From Escherichia phage vB_EcoP_PE007: 64,000 bases of DNA. Below the pieces are notes generated by a model. That model searched no databases. It saw only the letters and a list, made by a program, of their open reading frames with translations, and was not told the origin of the DNA. Shown here piece after piece: positions 37,301-48,149 of the stretch (the first letter of the stretch is position 1; each line of letters opens with the position of its first letter). The DNA is taken from the sequence record OQ938542.1; one strand, given 5' to 3'. Made by a program: the position numbers and the translations under genes.

Positions 37301-40300
37301 TTAGTTAGTAAGATTGAGCCACGGGTTCAGGGTATGAGCACGTAAGCCTTGACCGAAACCGAAGGAGTAACCAAGATTGCCCTGTGCAGCAATACTAAAG
37401 ATGTTGTCCTGAATAGGCAGACCAACGTTACCAAACATGGTAGGGGTTGGAGCCAACATAGCTATAGCAGCATGCACCGGGTTATTACGAATCATGGACA
37501 CTGCAACTTTTGCAGAACGAATCTTAAAGTTATAGAACCACATTAAACCAACACTTTCCATATACCCACGGAAGCGACCCGGTAGACGGTCATAGTTAAT
37601 AAACTCTTCCGTTACACGTCCTAGTGCTTCTTCACGGGTCTTACCTTTACGCTGAGTCAGTTCATCATAAATGATTGCTTTAGCGATAAAGTCAGAGTAC
37701 TCAACCGTCTTCTGGATACCCTGGAACAGAGCAGTATCCTTAGTGATAAGTGCATAACGACCTGCGTTACGTACAGACTTAGGCAGCTTATCAGCCAGCT
37801 TATCCATGTATTCGTGAAGTTTGCCTTCAGTAATAAGGATATCATCACGACCAATACCAGCATCTGCAATTGAGGAGAACTCACCAGCTTCCAGCAGAGG
37901 CCAGATACTCAAACGTTTATGGCTATCAGAGATGGACTGAATCTCAGCCTTAAGTTTACGAATCTGGTTCGGGTTAGTAGCTGCACGTAATTCTGCTTCT
38001 GCATCTACCTGACGCAGACGAGATTTCAGGTACTGGTTAATCTCAGCAGTCTTCTGTGGAATGCTCTTAGCAATGTTCTTAACCGGTACACCACGAGCAA
38101 TCATCTGATAAAGGTTAGCCAGGAAGTTAACAGCAGGTACGACTACTGACTTAACCACAATCAGAGTCTTAGCTTCTTTAACTAAGTTCTGAACCAGGTT
38201 CTCACCACCCATTACATACTTATAGGCACGGTTGCCAAAGACACCCAGCATAGCTTTCTTGAAGGTATCCAGTGTTTCTGGTGACCAACGGGAATTACCA
38301 GACCAGGCATCACCTACAGAAGCTGCACGATAACCCAGAGCATCGTTGAGCATGTCACGACGTACCCATAATTCACCCGGACCAAACAAACTTTCTGCTT
38401 TCTGACGGGTTTCACTGTTCATCAGCTTAAGTGCATCGGCAGTTACTGGGTCCAGTTTAGAACCAAGAAGGTTAACGTACTGGGACTTATTAGAAGCAGA
38501 CATCTTAATGTCGTTCTCATACATGCTATGCAGGTTCTCAATCAGCATATCATTGAAACGCTGAGCCTTAGCTTCTTCCACCTGACGACCACGCCATACA
38601 CCGATTGCACGAGCAAGATGGTTCTCACCTTCAATGTGCTTCAGCATATTAGGGTCAATGGATTGCTCATAAGCAACCACATTACCATTGGCATCATATA
38701 CAGGCAGCAGTGGTTCATTACCACGTTCACCACGAGCCAGTGCTTTAGTGATACGGTCTACGGAAGGCTTGTCAGTGATACGACCAGCTACCATGGTTCC
38801 CATAGTAAAGCCCGTACCGAGATCTACACCACCAGCAGTATTACGAACGTTCTGTAAGATACCTTGCGAGAAAGGAGCCTGTGCCTGTACTGGTGCAAAG
38901 TAGTAGCTACGTGCTGGTCCACGATTAGCAGAGCTACCCTGATAAGTACCAAGACGTACATAGGATTTCTCAATCAAATCAGCAAACTGACTATCTTCAG
39001 CAACAATCAGGTTAACACCCTGTTTGTTCTCAGTTGGGATGTATCCTTTGTACTGATTCAGGGTTGCACGAGTATCAGACTTAGCTTTAGCCATTTCATC
39101 TTTACGCTGACCAACCAGGTAAGAAGTAGCAAAGTCCATGCCTTCAATTTCTGTCTGAGCCAGTGAAGATAACATCTCACGGTCAGTCTTATTCATTGCT
39201 TCCAGTGCATACAAAGTAATCAGTTTATCCAACTGAGCTACATCTACAACAGAACGTGTAGTCTTACGTTCACCCAGTAAACGAGAAATTGCAGTAGCAT
39301 TACGTAGCAGGTTGTTACCAACCGTACCATTAATCATGTATTGAGCCAGTTGCTTAGATTTACGATTAATCAGAGGCCAGTTACGTCCTGCTTGTTTCTG
39401 TAAATCTGCTTCCAGTTTATTAACCTCACGGTCAACAATCTTCTGGTCAGTCAGCAGGTCACGGATTTCAGCCAGAGACATAGTGTCGCGAAGAACAGCT
39501 AAGTCAGTTTTACCCATACCAGTATGCATTGCTTTCCACTCATCGTTAGTCAGCTTACGGCTGAACTTAGATGCGATAGTAGTAGGCAAATGCTCACGGA
39601 ACTGCTGACGGTCAGCCTGTACCTGTGCACGTACTGCTTTAATCAAATCATATACAGAAGCATTGCTCTTAGTACGACCAGTTAAGTCATTAACCAGGTC
39701 ATGGAAAGGTTGCCATACTTTACCCTGGTTCATTGCAGCCATAACACCTTCAGCTACGATTGCACCATTCTTCTCTGTAGCAATAGCAGCTATCAATTGT
39801 GCAGCATGAGCAGCACCTTTAACCAGTGGGTTCTTGGTATTAGCTGCAACTTCACGAGCACCTTCCAAAGCACGGGTAGACAGTACATCAATAGAGTCCA
39901 CCAGATACTGGTTAGCACGGTCAATAGCATTACCGGTAGGAGTAGCAACGGAATCATAGAAGGACTCTGCATTAAGACTGGTCTGCATAATTGTCTGAGC
40001 CAGTGCATCCATACCTTCCTGTACGTTAGTGGCTTTAGTATCACCTGCTACACGAGCATTCAGGCTAGCCATTGCAGCAGTACCGATGTTAGTCAGCATT
40101 GCATCAACGGTATTGCCTGATTTCTTATCTGCTTTCATAACAGGAATATCAGCCAGTACCTTACGTACCTCTTCGCTTACCATTGCCAGACCAACAAAGG
40201 TAGGCAGTAAGGAAGAACGACCTTGTGCATCAAATTCAATGTTGTTAGCACCCATGATGGTATCGAACTTCTGCTGTGCATAGTAACGGTCAGCAGGGTT

Positions 40301-43300
40301 AGTACTATCCGGGTCAGCCATGAATGATTCGACGGTCAGATTCTTAGTAACATGCGTGTAGTATTCCTGTGCACGAGCCATAGCAGCAGGGTTAATAGCA
40401 GCCTCGGTAGCCAGTGCAGCAACAATGTTAGTAAAGAGACGCTGTTCCTGCATATTCATGGTGAAGCCATGTGCCTGAACATCACGAGTTACTTTAGTTG
40501 CATTTACTACTGCATCAGAGAACTTACCTTTACGAATTACTTGCTGTACTGGTTCTGAACCAATGTAGTTAGTAATCAGCTTATCGAAGGTTTTCCCTAG
40601 CTCTTCCAGACGAGTATTGTCACCGTATGCTTTGTTATGGAACAAGGTAGTATCTTTAGCTACAGCAGTAGTAGGGGCCTGCCCACGCATTACTACAGCA
40701 GAGTTAAACAGTAAGCCAGAGAACATATCATCTGCATTAGCAGGAGCTTTCTTACGTCCGAATACCAGACGTTTGATTGCTTCATATACAGCCTGAACCA
40801 TAGTTTTAAGTGCAGTGGTTTTCTTCTGCTTACTTATAAGTTCACGGTTGGTTAAACCCCAAGCCATGTACTCATTCAGTGCAGCAGCTTTAGCCATCGC
40901 TGGTTCAATAAAGCCATTAGACAAGTGACCATTAATGGTATTCAGTGCATTAGCATATGCTTCACGTACTGCCGGAGATTCATCCTTAACATCCAGAGCA
41001 CGGAACTGATTCATCAGGTCTTCAATATTCTGTACTGCTTCATTAGGAGTACCTTCATAGTGAGCCAGTACAGATTCAAAAGTAGAAGCATGTACTAATT
41101 CATGAACCAGAGTCTCTAAGGAAGGAGTAACTAAGTAGATGGTTTTATCTTCAAAGTTAGTCCAGCCATATGCATTACCAGCCTCAGCAGCTTCAATATC
41201 TTCTGGTGCTGGGCGAGTAATATTCTTCTCAATAGCGTAGGCATCCAGTTGAGAAGGCGTACCGTAAACAACCTTATAGTCTTTAGCAGCAAGAGATTTC
41301 TGTATTTCTTTCAGTACTGCTTGTTGTTCAGGGGACATCTCTTTAGCCAGTTTAGTAATGGCAGCATTAGACAGCAGACGTACACCAGACTTCAGTACAC
41401 GACCGACCTGTTCCATTGCTGGCACTTCTTTCACTGGTTCTGCTTTAGCAGCACGTACTGCATCACGACGCTTGTTTAATTCAGCATCAAACAGTTCGTT
41501 CAGCTTAGCTACTTGCTGGTCTACAGTCAGACCTTCCAGAGAGATTTTACCGTTGTTCACATAAGGAGCACCAACAGCAGCCATCTGGTCAACAGTGACT
41601 TGTACCTGGTCCATTACCTTGTGGCGAATATCTACACCCAGAGCAATATTACGCAGATTACGTTCAATCTGTTCAGCACCAACACGTAACAGGTCATCAG
41701 TAGCACCCTCACGTTGGTCGTATTCCAGTGCAGATTTAGCGATAGCTTGTTTGGTTTCATCAGACAGTTTGCTGAAGTCTACGTTCTTCATGAACTTAGC
41801 AAAGGAGTCATAAACATTCTTGATAGGGTTACCCTGCCAGGAAGTATATACAGCCTCATTAGCTTTACGGCTTGCATCAGTAATGTCATTAATACCAATG
41901 TTCATACCATCAAAGATTTTCAGGGTATTCTTCGGAGCACCTTTCATAGTAGAAAGGGTCTGCATCATCATGCCATCACCTGTACCGATGGTCATAAATG
42001 GAATACCTGCTACACCTGCCTGTGAAGGAGCATAGATGATCATTGGCACACGCATACGGTCATCTAAGTTGGTAGCCAATACTTGGTTAGCAACATCAGT
42101 ATTCTCACTACCAGCAATGTAGAAAGTCTGTGAACCAGTCTCAATCATTGGAGCCAGTGGAGACAATGAAGCCTGGATTTCATTCAGTTCTTTCTGTGTT
42201 AAGAAATCACCTTTCTTCCATGTTGGGTCTTTTTCTTTTTCTGCCAGCTTAGCCTGTACAGCTTGTTGGAACATATCCTGCAATACCAGAGATTGAATCT
42301 GAGTAGCCTTCTGTAAGTTCTCAGTAGAATACATCAGACCCTCACCAACAGTATTTCGGATACCAGTACGCATTGGTTCAACGAACAGATGAAGCATGTT
42401 CTCTTGTAAGTTCTTCAGAGCATTACCGGATACAGTAAACTTCTGAGGGTCTAACTTACCAGTCAGAGCACCATCTACCTGCTGAATAGACAACTCACCT
42501 TTACGCATAACCGGAACATTACCAGTTAGTGCTTCCATAGAAGTAAGGAAAGTATCCAGCATAGCCTGAGCATCAGCCTCAGACGCAGCCTCCTTACCAA
42601 ACATAGCCATAGCTGGGGAAATGCTAGGGTCAGCAGCACGGGCTTGTAGAACGTCACTGAAGCGTTCGTAGATGGTATCAGTAATTGCACTAACCATCTT
42701 GCCAGCAATACCACGAGCACCAGAACCATAGATGGTAATGGTCAGTGGGTTTTTAGCGATACCACGTTTCAGGTCCAGAGTACCATCTTCATTAAGATTG
42801 AAGTCTTTAATGAACAGGTCCATTAACTTCTGAAGATGCTTCATCTGGTTCGTAACAGGAACGTTGTTACGGTAAGTATTGCGTAATTCATTCAGTGCCT
42901 GTTGCAGACTATTAGTAGATGCTTCATACAGGTCAACACTGTCATCATGCGAATGATGCTCGTTCATAGTCTTGCCAGCTTTACCGAAGAACAAGCCACC
43001 CTTAGCAGTATTCTTAATCCAGTCTGAAGTGAACTTACCACCAGTCATTAATACCATTGCGTTGATTGGTCCGTTGGTTACACCATCGGCTTCAACGTAC
43101 AGTGGGGTATTAAAGTTAGCACGGTCATCACTGTTAAGGTAACGGGCATATTCCATAAGAGCCATGAGAGCTACGAATGATTTATCATTCCCCAAGGAAG
43201 TCTTCAGAATATCCACTGCATTAGCAGGTAAGTGACCAGACTTATCAAACTCAACCATCATATCAACAGCAGGTTTCAGTTTACCTTCCAGAGCTTTAGT

Positions 43301-46300
43301 CAGCTCATCTGACATAACTTCACGGGACATTTTATGAACTTTAATGCCTAATGCCTGAGCCAGTCCAAGCTGGAAGTCAGAGAACGTTTGACTGTTTTCA
43401 TTACTTAAGTCGATGGTAGAGAAGGTTGGAAGGATTGCTTCACGAACCAGCTTACTGGATTGTGGGTTGTTCTTACCAAGCATCTGCATACGACCTACAC
43501 GGGTCATGTTGTAGCCGTAGTGAATAGGTGTATCCAGTCCATTCTCCTGTTCCTTAATTTGATTGATTACACCAAACAAAGAATCATATGCCATGGACAC
43601 GGACAGGTTCTTACCTTCCAGTGATTTAGCAGTATTCACATTAAGCAACTCTGGGGTAAGAGCACCAGCACCCATTAATTCCAGAATGTTGTCACGACCC
43701 AATGCTTCATAGAAGTTAACCATAGGCATATGTACACGAAACTCAGTAGCTTGTTCTGCTTTGAGAGCAGCTTTCTGTTCCGGGGTATTATTAACAGCAG
43801 GGTTACGTAACTGAGTTTGAGCCACGGAAGGAATGTCATCACCCAGATACAATTTCTCTACTGGTTCTAAAAGGACAGTTTCCTCAATAGCAGTAGGGAA
43901 TTTATTAATGGCATCGTTATCATCCAGCTTCTCAATGGTATACAGACCAACAGTCTTATTAGATTCTGGGTCAATCTCAGACACATCTAACATGGACTCT
44001 TTAACTTCACCCATCTCAATAAGGGAAGACAGAATCTCTGTAGCCATTGCCATTGGGATACCCTTGGTATACCCCAAAGGTGCATTAGGATTACGATTCA
44101 AACCCCAATAGGATTCAATCTTTTGAGCTAGTGAGTTAGTAGCTTCAACCAGGGTCTGAGCATTCTCGAAGTCAGCCAGAATACCTTCTGGTAGCAGAGA
44201 TGCTTCCACACCAGTAATAGCAGCTACGTCTTTCATGTCTTTAACAGCAGCATTCTGTGTAGCAGTCAATCGCCATTGCAGACCAGCAAGTACAGCAGTT
44301 TCTAATAGCTGGTCATTGAACTTAAAGGTGTCACCATCTTTCTCTACGATGTTAAGTAACTTACCACCTACCCAACGGTTAGCCTCAGTACCTTCCGCAA
44401 AACGTTTACCAACGTTCTTGTTAGCAAGGAACTTAGCCAGACGGTCAGACAGAGTAGTCTTCAGAGTTTCACCAAACTCAAATAAGTCCTGGTAACGCTT
44501 AATCACATCACTTGTGAGAGCGTTATTTTCTTTTTGAGTAAATGCTTCAAAGCGAGCAGCAGAAGACAGTGCTTTCTTAACATCAGTCAAAGGAGACTCA
44601 GAGCCAATGGTACGAGACTTAGGTTCTTCTGGAAGACTAAATGCTTTAAGGAACTGGTTCGGTGTCTTGTCATTGTTGTAGACAGGGAACACTGTTTCCA
44701 TTTGAGATAAAGGTTTACCACCAACGGTATAGTCTGCTTTCAACTGAGCCAGTGATACTTCTTCCTTCTCTACATTATTGGTATTACGCCCAGACGTATC
44801 TACACCAATCTGAATCAGTGCATTGTTTGCTTCTACGAATGATTGAACAGTATTGAATTGTTCAGGAGTCAGCTTCTGATTATCAAACAGTTGTAATGAT
44901 ACAAATGGTTGCTCACTTCCTTTGTAGAAAGTGGAGCGTACAGCACCAGTATCCAGAGACATATCACGGTAACCATCATGACCAAATACATCAGACAGAC
45001 TGATATGGTCACCATTGGAACCAACAACAGTACCATCATCAAAGAGCCAAGGACTCTCCTTACGGTCACCATACTTATTAAGAGTATCCTGTGAAATAGT
45101 ATTCTCTTTCACATAAGAATCTCTTTCAGATTCAGTAGGCTGTTCAACGGTATCCTGTTTTTCAGATTGGTTCTCAGGTTCTTTTACAGTCTGTGGTTTA
45201 GACTCTTTAATAGTAGGTTCTGTTTTAACAGCTTCACTAACAGAGGGTTTAGTCTGTACAGTAGGGGTAACTGGTTCCTGTTTTGTAACAGGAGTTTCAT
45301 CAACCTGATTCACTGGTTCATTGGTCTGTTGGGATTGAGCAGCATCAAGATTGCCCTGACGGAACTCTTTAACTACCTGGGCGGCAGGCTTGTCCAAACG
45401 TGAATCCAATGGGGTAACTTTCACATGAGAAACATTAAGCTCCGGGTAAGCCGTAGCAAGTGCGTTAGCAATATCAGCTACGGTCTTGGCTTCCAGTCCT
45501 ACTTGCTGGGCAAACTTAACAGACTTGGTATCATACGGATTGACACCGAGGCCAGTACGACTACGTACCCATTCACGCGAGGGAGTAAGAGCCTGATAAT
45601 GGACAGACTTATTCTTATCCGCATTCCCAGAAATCAAATGCTCATTCAACGCTCCGACCTTATTCTGCATGTGCTGGGCGAACTTCATAAAATCGCTCAG
45701 ATAAGCGGAGGCCAAATCGAAGTTACCAGAGTTATACGCAGAACGAATGCGTTTCGCATGTTGCAACGCAGAGTACTGTCCTTCATTAGAACGAGACTCA
45801 TCGGTTTTAATCTGTTTACTAACAATATCTTGAGGACGTAAGCCTAGTTCTTCTGCTTTAGCGTCGAACTCTCGTGCACCCTGTAATAAGGCAGCAGCAG
45901 ATTGCAGGGCAGCACGTTGACGATTCCCCAGTGTAATCTTACCTTCACTTGCATGTTTCAGAACCATGTTCACTGAATCTGCATCCAGCACTTCTGGAGA
46001 TACATCAGCAGCCATAGCAATGTTGTTTGCTTGGGCTTGGTTAGCTTCTTCAGTAGCTTTCAGTTTACCTGCTTCAGCCTGTTCCTGAATCATGGAATGG
46101 ATGGCACGGAATGCACGAAGTACCTTCGGTGTATTCTGAACGTTAGCCATCAGGCCGGAGAATTGGTCTACGATTGCAGCAGCAGGGGAACCTTGTTCCA
46201 GATTAGCCAAAGCACCCGGGTCACGGTTAATGAAGCTATCCATAGACATGATATTGTCATACATCTGGATTGCAGCTTCCATTTGAACGTTAGGGTCTTC

Positions 46301-48055
46301 GGCAGTATTAACCAAGTCAGCCATCTTCTGAATAGCTTCTACACGGTTAGTGGAACCAGAAACAGCTTCACGGATTGCTGGGTTAGTTTGTTCCAATTCT
46401 ACCGGGTCAAACTTCATTGCCTGAGTTAAGTCAGCAGCATACTGGGTAGCAGCAGCTTTCTCTTCTGGAGAAATATCCATTGCATCCACTGCTTCCTGAA
46501 CAGTTGCTTGAGCTTGTTCTGCCTGAGCAGTAGCTTCTTGTGCAGCAGCGTTAACCGTAGCATCAGATACGGGGGATGCTTGTTCATTACGCTTAGCAAC
46601 TTCTTCCCCACGTTGAACCAGGATGTTAGTAATAGGTGAAGCTACTTTTGCTAGTGCCTTACCAGCCAAAGAAGCACCAGCCAGGGTAGTACGTACAGCA
46701 GGACCAACGGCAGCACCAGCAGCCTTAACAGTTGCACCAGGAGCTTGAGCAACTCCAGCAGAACCGAAGCCATACAATGCACCCAGACCAGTTTGTTCAC
46801 CCACACCTTTAAGCAAATCACGCTCAGCATCTACATTGCCATGAATTGCCTTGTTTTGTGCAAACTGACTTGTACCAGACTGGATACCTTCTTCTACAGT
46901 CTCACGCAGCATGTTAGAACCAGCACCAGCCAGTGAACCTACCTTAAGTGGGTTAAGTTCAAACTTGGATACCAGTGGAGCAGTAAGAGCAGCAACTGGA
47001 GCAGTTAAGCCAGCAGCAGTGATACCTGTTTCAGATGCAGTCTGGCGACGTGCTTCTTCAGGAGACAGACCGTCTTTAATATGCTGTTGGTATACAGGAG
47101 ATTTAGCAGCCAGTTCACTGAATGGCATTTCCATAATTTCATTAGCAGTCTGTTGGTATGCACCACCAGCTTCCATACCACCAATTGCTATAGCAGGTGC
47201 AGCAACACGACCAGCAGTCTGTGCAATACGTGCAGGACGATAACCTAATTCAGCAGCTAGGGTAATACCCTTAACAGCTTTATCACCACCTACCATTACT
47301 TTACCAAGTGCAGATACACCACGGATAAGTGGACCACCTGTAAAGAGGGAACCAACACCTTCACTCAGTCCGTCAGAAGCAGCCATACCATTATCAAGTG
47401 TGTTAGCAACAGAATCAAAAGCGTCACGACCAATACGAGACAAGGAGGCAACCAAATCGCTCCCCCCATTTTTGATATCTTGTTCATAGAGCTTCTGGTT
47501 CTTCCGTGCAGAAATCTGGTTCTGATTCTGAACAACTTTACGTGTAGCATTCAGTGCATCAGACTGTAGATTGTGTACACCCTCATTCAACCAATCCATC
47601 CCGGAAGCAATGGTTGCCCCGGCATTATTATTGACCAAACCTGCGCCAAGAGCAGCAATGCCCCCAAGGGTATTAGCAACACCAAGACCAACACCAGAAA
47701 GAGTATCGCCAAATGCTTCTGCGTTAGTACGTTGTTTAGATAAGTCCTGACGTACAACATCAGCAGCATTAGCTCGGCTATTAAGAATCTGTAAACCTTG
47801 CTCATTACCGTACTTATTAATGATTTCTAATGGGGAGGCTTGAGTGAAATCTGCCTGAAGTGAACCTGGTTCGAATGCACCGATTCCAAGATTACCTACT
47901 CGTCCAGTCTGGAGATTGTAAGCATTCTCTGGGGTTAATTGGAAAGGGCTTTGCCCTTGTGCAGCTTGCTTCTGAGAGGTTGCAGTAGAGACATCGACTT
48001 GCTTAGCATTAGTGATGCTGTCTGCGAAACCTGCCAGACGGTCAAATGTTGACAT
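37301..48055 (-). CDS. virion-encapsidated giant RNA polymerase (N4 gp50-like vRNAP)
   Basis: single uninterrupted 3584-codon ORF; ATG at 48055 with AGGAAA RBS (track ORF starts at upstream TTG 48073). Confidence 0.8.
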   Translation of the reverse strand: MSTFDRLAGFADSITNAKQVDVSTATSQKQAAQGQSPFQLTPENAYNLQTGRVGNLGIGAFEPGSLQADFTQASPLEIINKYGNEQGLQILNSRANAADVVRQDLSKQRTNAEAFGDTLSGVGLGVANTLGGIAALGAGLVNNNAGATIASGMDWLNEGVHNLQSDALNATRKVVQNQNQISARKNQKLYEQDIKNGGSDLVASLSRIGRDAFDSVANTLDNGMAASDGLSEGVGSLFTGGPLIRGVSALGKVMVGGDKAVKGITLAAELGYRPARIAQTAGRVAAPAIAIGGMEAGGAYQQTANEIMEMPFSELAAKSPVYQQHIKDGLSPEEARRQTASETGITAAGLTAPVAALTAPLVSKFELNPLKVGSLAGAGSNMLRETVEEGIQSGTSQFAQNKAIHGNVDAERDLLKGVGEQTGLGALYGFGSAGVAQAPGATVKAAGAAVGPAVRTTLAGASLAGKALAKVASPITNILVQRGEEVAKRNEQASPVSDATVNAAAQEATAQAEQAQATVQEAVDAMDISPEEKAAATQYAADLTQAMKFDPVELEQTNPAIREAVSGSTNRVEAIQKMADLVNTAEDPNVQMEAAIQMYDNIMSMDSFINRDPGALANLEQGSPAAAIVDQFSGLMANVQNTPKVLRAFRAIHSMIQEQAEAGKLKATEEANQAQANNIAMAADVSPEVLDADSVNMVLKHASEGKITLGNRQRAALQSAAALLQGAREFDAKAEELGLRPQDIVSKQIKTDESRSNEGQYSALQHAKRIRSAYNSGNFDLASAYLSDFMKFAQHMQNKVGALNEHLISGNADKNKSVHYQALTPSREWVRSRTGLGVNPYDTKSVKFAQQVGLEAKTVADIANALATAYPELNVSHVKVTPLDSRLDKPAAQVVKEFRQGNLDAAQSQQTNEPVNQVDETPVTKQEPVTPTVQTKPSVSEAVKTEPTIKESKPQTVKEPENQSEKQDTVEQPTESERDSYVKENTISQDTLNKYGDRKESPWLFDDGTVVGSNGDHISLSDVFGHDGYRDMSLDTGAVRSTFYKGSEQPFVSLQLFDNQKLTPEQFNTVQSFVEANNALIQIGVDTSGRNTNNVEKEEVSLAQLKADYTVGGKPLSQMETVFPVYNNDKTPNQFLKAFSLPEEPKSRTIGSESPLTDVKKALSSAARFEAFTQKENNALTSDVIKRYQDLFEFGETLKTTLSDRLAKFLANKNVGKRFAEGTEANRWVGGKLLNIVEKDGDTFKFNDQLLETAVLAGLQWRLTATQNAAVKDMKDVAAITGVEASLLPEGILADFENAQTLVEATNSLAQKIESYWGLNRNPNAPLGYTKGIPMAMATEILSSLIEMGEVKESMLDVSEIDPESNKTVGLYTIEKLDDNDAINKFPTAIEETVLLEPVEKLYLGDDIPSVAQTQLRNPAVNNTPEQKAALKAEQATEFRVHMPMVNFYEALGRDNILELMGAGALTPELLNVNTAKSLEGKNLSVSMAYDSLFGVINQIKEQENGLDTPIHYGYNMTRVGRMQMLGKNNPQSSKLVREAILPTFSTIDLSNENSQTFSDFQLGLAQALGIKVHKMSREVMSDELTKALEGKLKPAVDMMVEFDKSGHLPANAVDILKTSLGNDKSFVALMALMEYARYLNSDDRANFNTPLYVEADGVTNGPINAMVLMTGGKFTSDWIKNTAKGGLFFGKAGKTMNEHHSHDDSVDLYEASTNSLQQALNELRNTYRNNVPVTNQMKHLQKLMDLFIKDFNLNEDGTLDLKRGIAKNPLTITIYGSGARGIAGKMVSAITDTIYERFSDVLQARAADPSISPAMAMFGKEAASEADAQAMLDTFLTSMEALTGNVPVMRKGELSIQQVDGALTGKLDPQKFTVSGNALKNLQENMLHLFVEPMRTGIRNTVGEGLMYSTENLQKATQIQSLVLQDMFQQAVQAKLAEKEKDPTWKKGDFLTQKELNEIQASLSPLAPMIETGSQTFYIAGSENTDVANQVLATNLDDRMRVPMIIYAPSQAGVAGIPFMTIGTGDGMMMQTLSTMKGAPKNTLKIFDGMNIGINDITDASRKANEAVYTSWQGNPIKNVYDSFAKFMKNVDFSKLSDETKQAIAKSALEYDQREGATDDLLRVGAEQIERNLRNIALGVDIRHKVMDQVQVTVDQMAAVGAPYVNNGKISLEGLTVDQQVAKLNELFDAELNKRRDAVRAAKAEPVKEVPAMEQVGRVLKSGVRLLSNAAITKLAKEMSPEQQAVLKEIQKSLAAKDYKVVYGTPSQLDAYAIEKNITRPAPEDIEAAEAGNAYGWTNFEDKTIYLVTPSLETLVHELVHASTFESVLAHYEGTPNEAVQNIEDLMNQFRALDVKDESPAVREAYANALNTINGHLSNGFIEPAMAKAAALNEYMAWGLTNRELISKQKKTTALKTMVQAVYEAIKRLVFGRKKAPANADDMFSGLLFNSAVVMRGQAPTTAVAKDTTLFHNKAYGDNTRLEELGKTFDKLITNYIGSEPVQQVIRKGKFSDAVVNATKVTRDVQAHGFTMNMQEQRLFTNIVAALATEAAINPAAMARAQEYYTHVTKNLTVESFMADPDSTNPADRYYAQQKFDTIMGANNIEFDAQGRSSLLPTFVGLAMVSEEVRKVLADIPVMKADKKSGNTVDAMLTNIGTAAMASLNARVAGDTKATNVQEGMDALAQTIMQTSLNAESFYDSVATPTGNAIDRANQYLVDSIDVLSTRALEGAREVAANTKNPLVKGAAHAAQLIAAIATEKNGAIVAEGVMAAMNQGKVWQPFHDLVNDLTGRTKSNASVYDLIKAVRAQVQADRQQFREHLPTTIASKFSRKLTNDEWKAMHTGMGKTDLAVLRDTMSLAEIRDLLTDQKIVDREVNKLEADLQKQAGRNWPLINRKSKQLAQYMINGTVGNNLLRNATAISRLLGERKTTRSVVDVAQLDKLITLYALEAMNKTDREMLSSLAQTEIEGMDFATSYLVGQRKDEMAKAKSDTRATLNQYKGYIPTENKQGVNLIVAEDSQFADLIEKSYVRLGTYQGSSANRGPARSYYFAPVQAQAPFSQGILQNVRNTAGGVDLGTGFTMGTMVAGRITDKPSVDRITKALARGERGNEPLLPVYDANGNVVAYEQSIDPNMLKHIEGENHLARAIGVWRGRQVEEAKAQRFNDMLIENLHSMYENDIKMSASNKSQYVNLLGSKLDPVTADALKLMNSETRQKAESLFGPGELWVRRDMLNDALGYRAASVGDAWSGNSRWSPETLDTFKKAMLGVFGNRAYKYVMGGENLVQNLVKEAKTLIVVKSVVVPAVNFLANLYQMIARGVPVKNIAKSIPQKTAEINQYLKSRLRQVDAEAELRAATNPNQIRKLKAEIQSISDSHKRLSIWPLLEAGEFSSIADAGIGRDDILITEGKLHEYMDKLADKLPKSVRNAGRYALITKDTALFQGIQKTVEYSDFIAKAIIYDELTQRKGKTREEALGRVTEEFINYDRLPGRFRGYMESVGLMWFYNFKIRSAKVAVSMIRNNPVHAAIAMLAPTPTMFGNVGLPIQDNIFSIAAQGNLGYSFGFGQGLRAHTLNPWLNLTN

Positions 48056-48118
48056 AGCATGTTTCCTGTTCAAACTTATATCGTATATAGGTAACTTACT
48101 CTACAGTAAGCCAGTTAA

Positions 48119-48143
48119 AGAAAAAAGCCCCGTAGGGCTTTTA
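48119..48143 (-). terminator. intrinsic terminator upstream of vRNAP gene
   Basis: aaagccc-cgta-gggcttt stem-loop with T-run on - strand. Confidence 0.6.
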
Positions 48144-48149
48144 TTAGTA

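Noticed and set aside
38528-47243. Numerous + strand ORFs of 60-140 aa (e.g. 38528-38857, 39701-40120, 45425-45841, 46031-46429, 46911-47243)
   Set aside because: All lie antisense within the uninterrupted 3584-codon - strand polymerase ORF; low-complexity, no RBS context; shadow ORFs.
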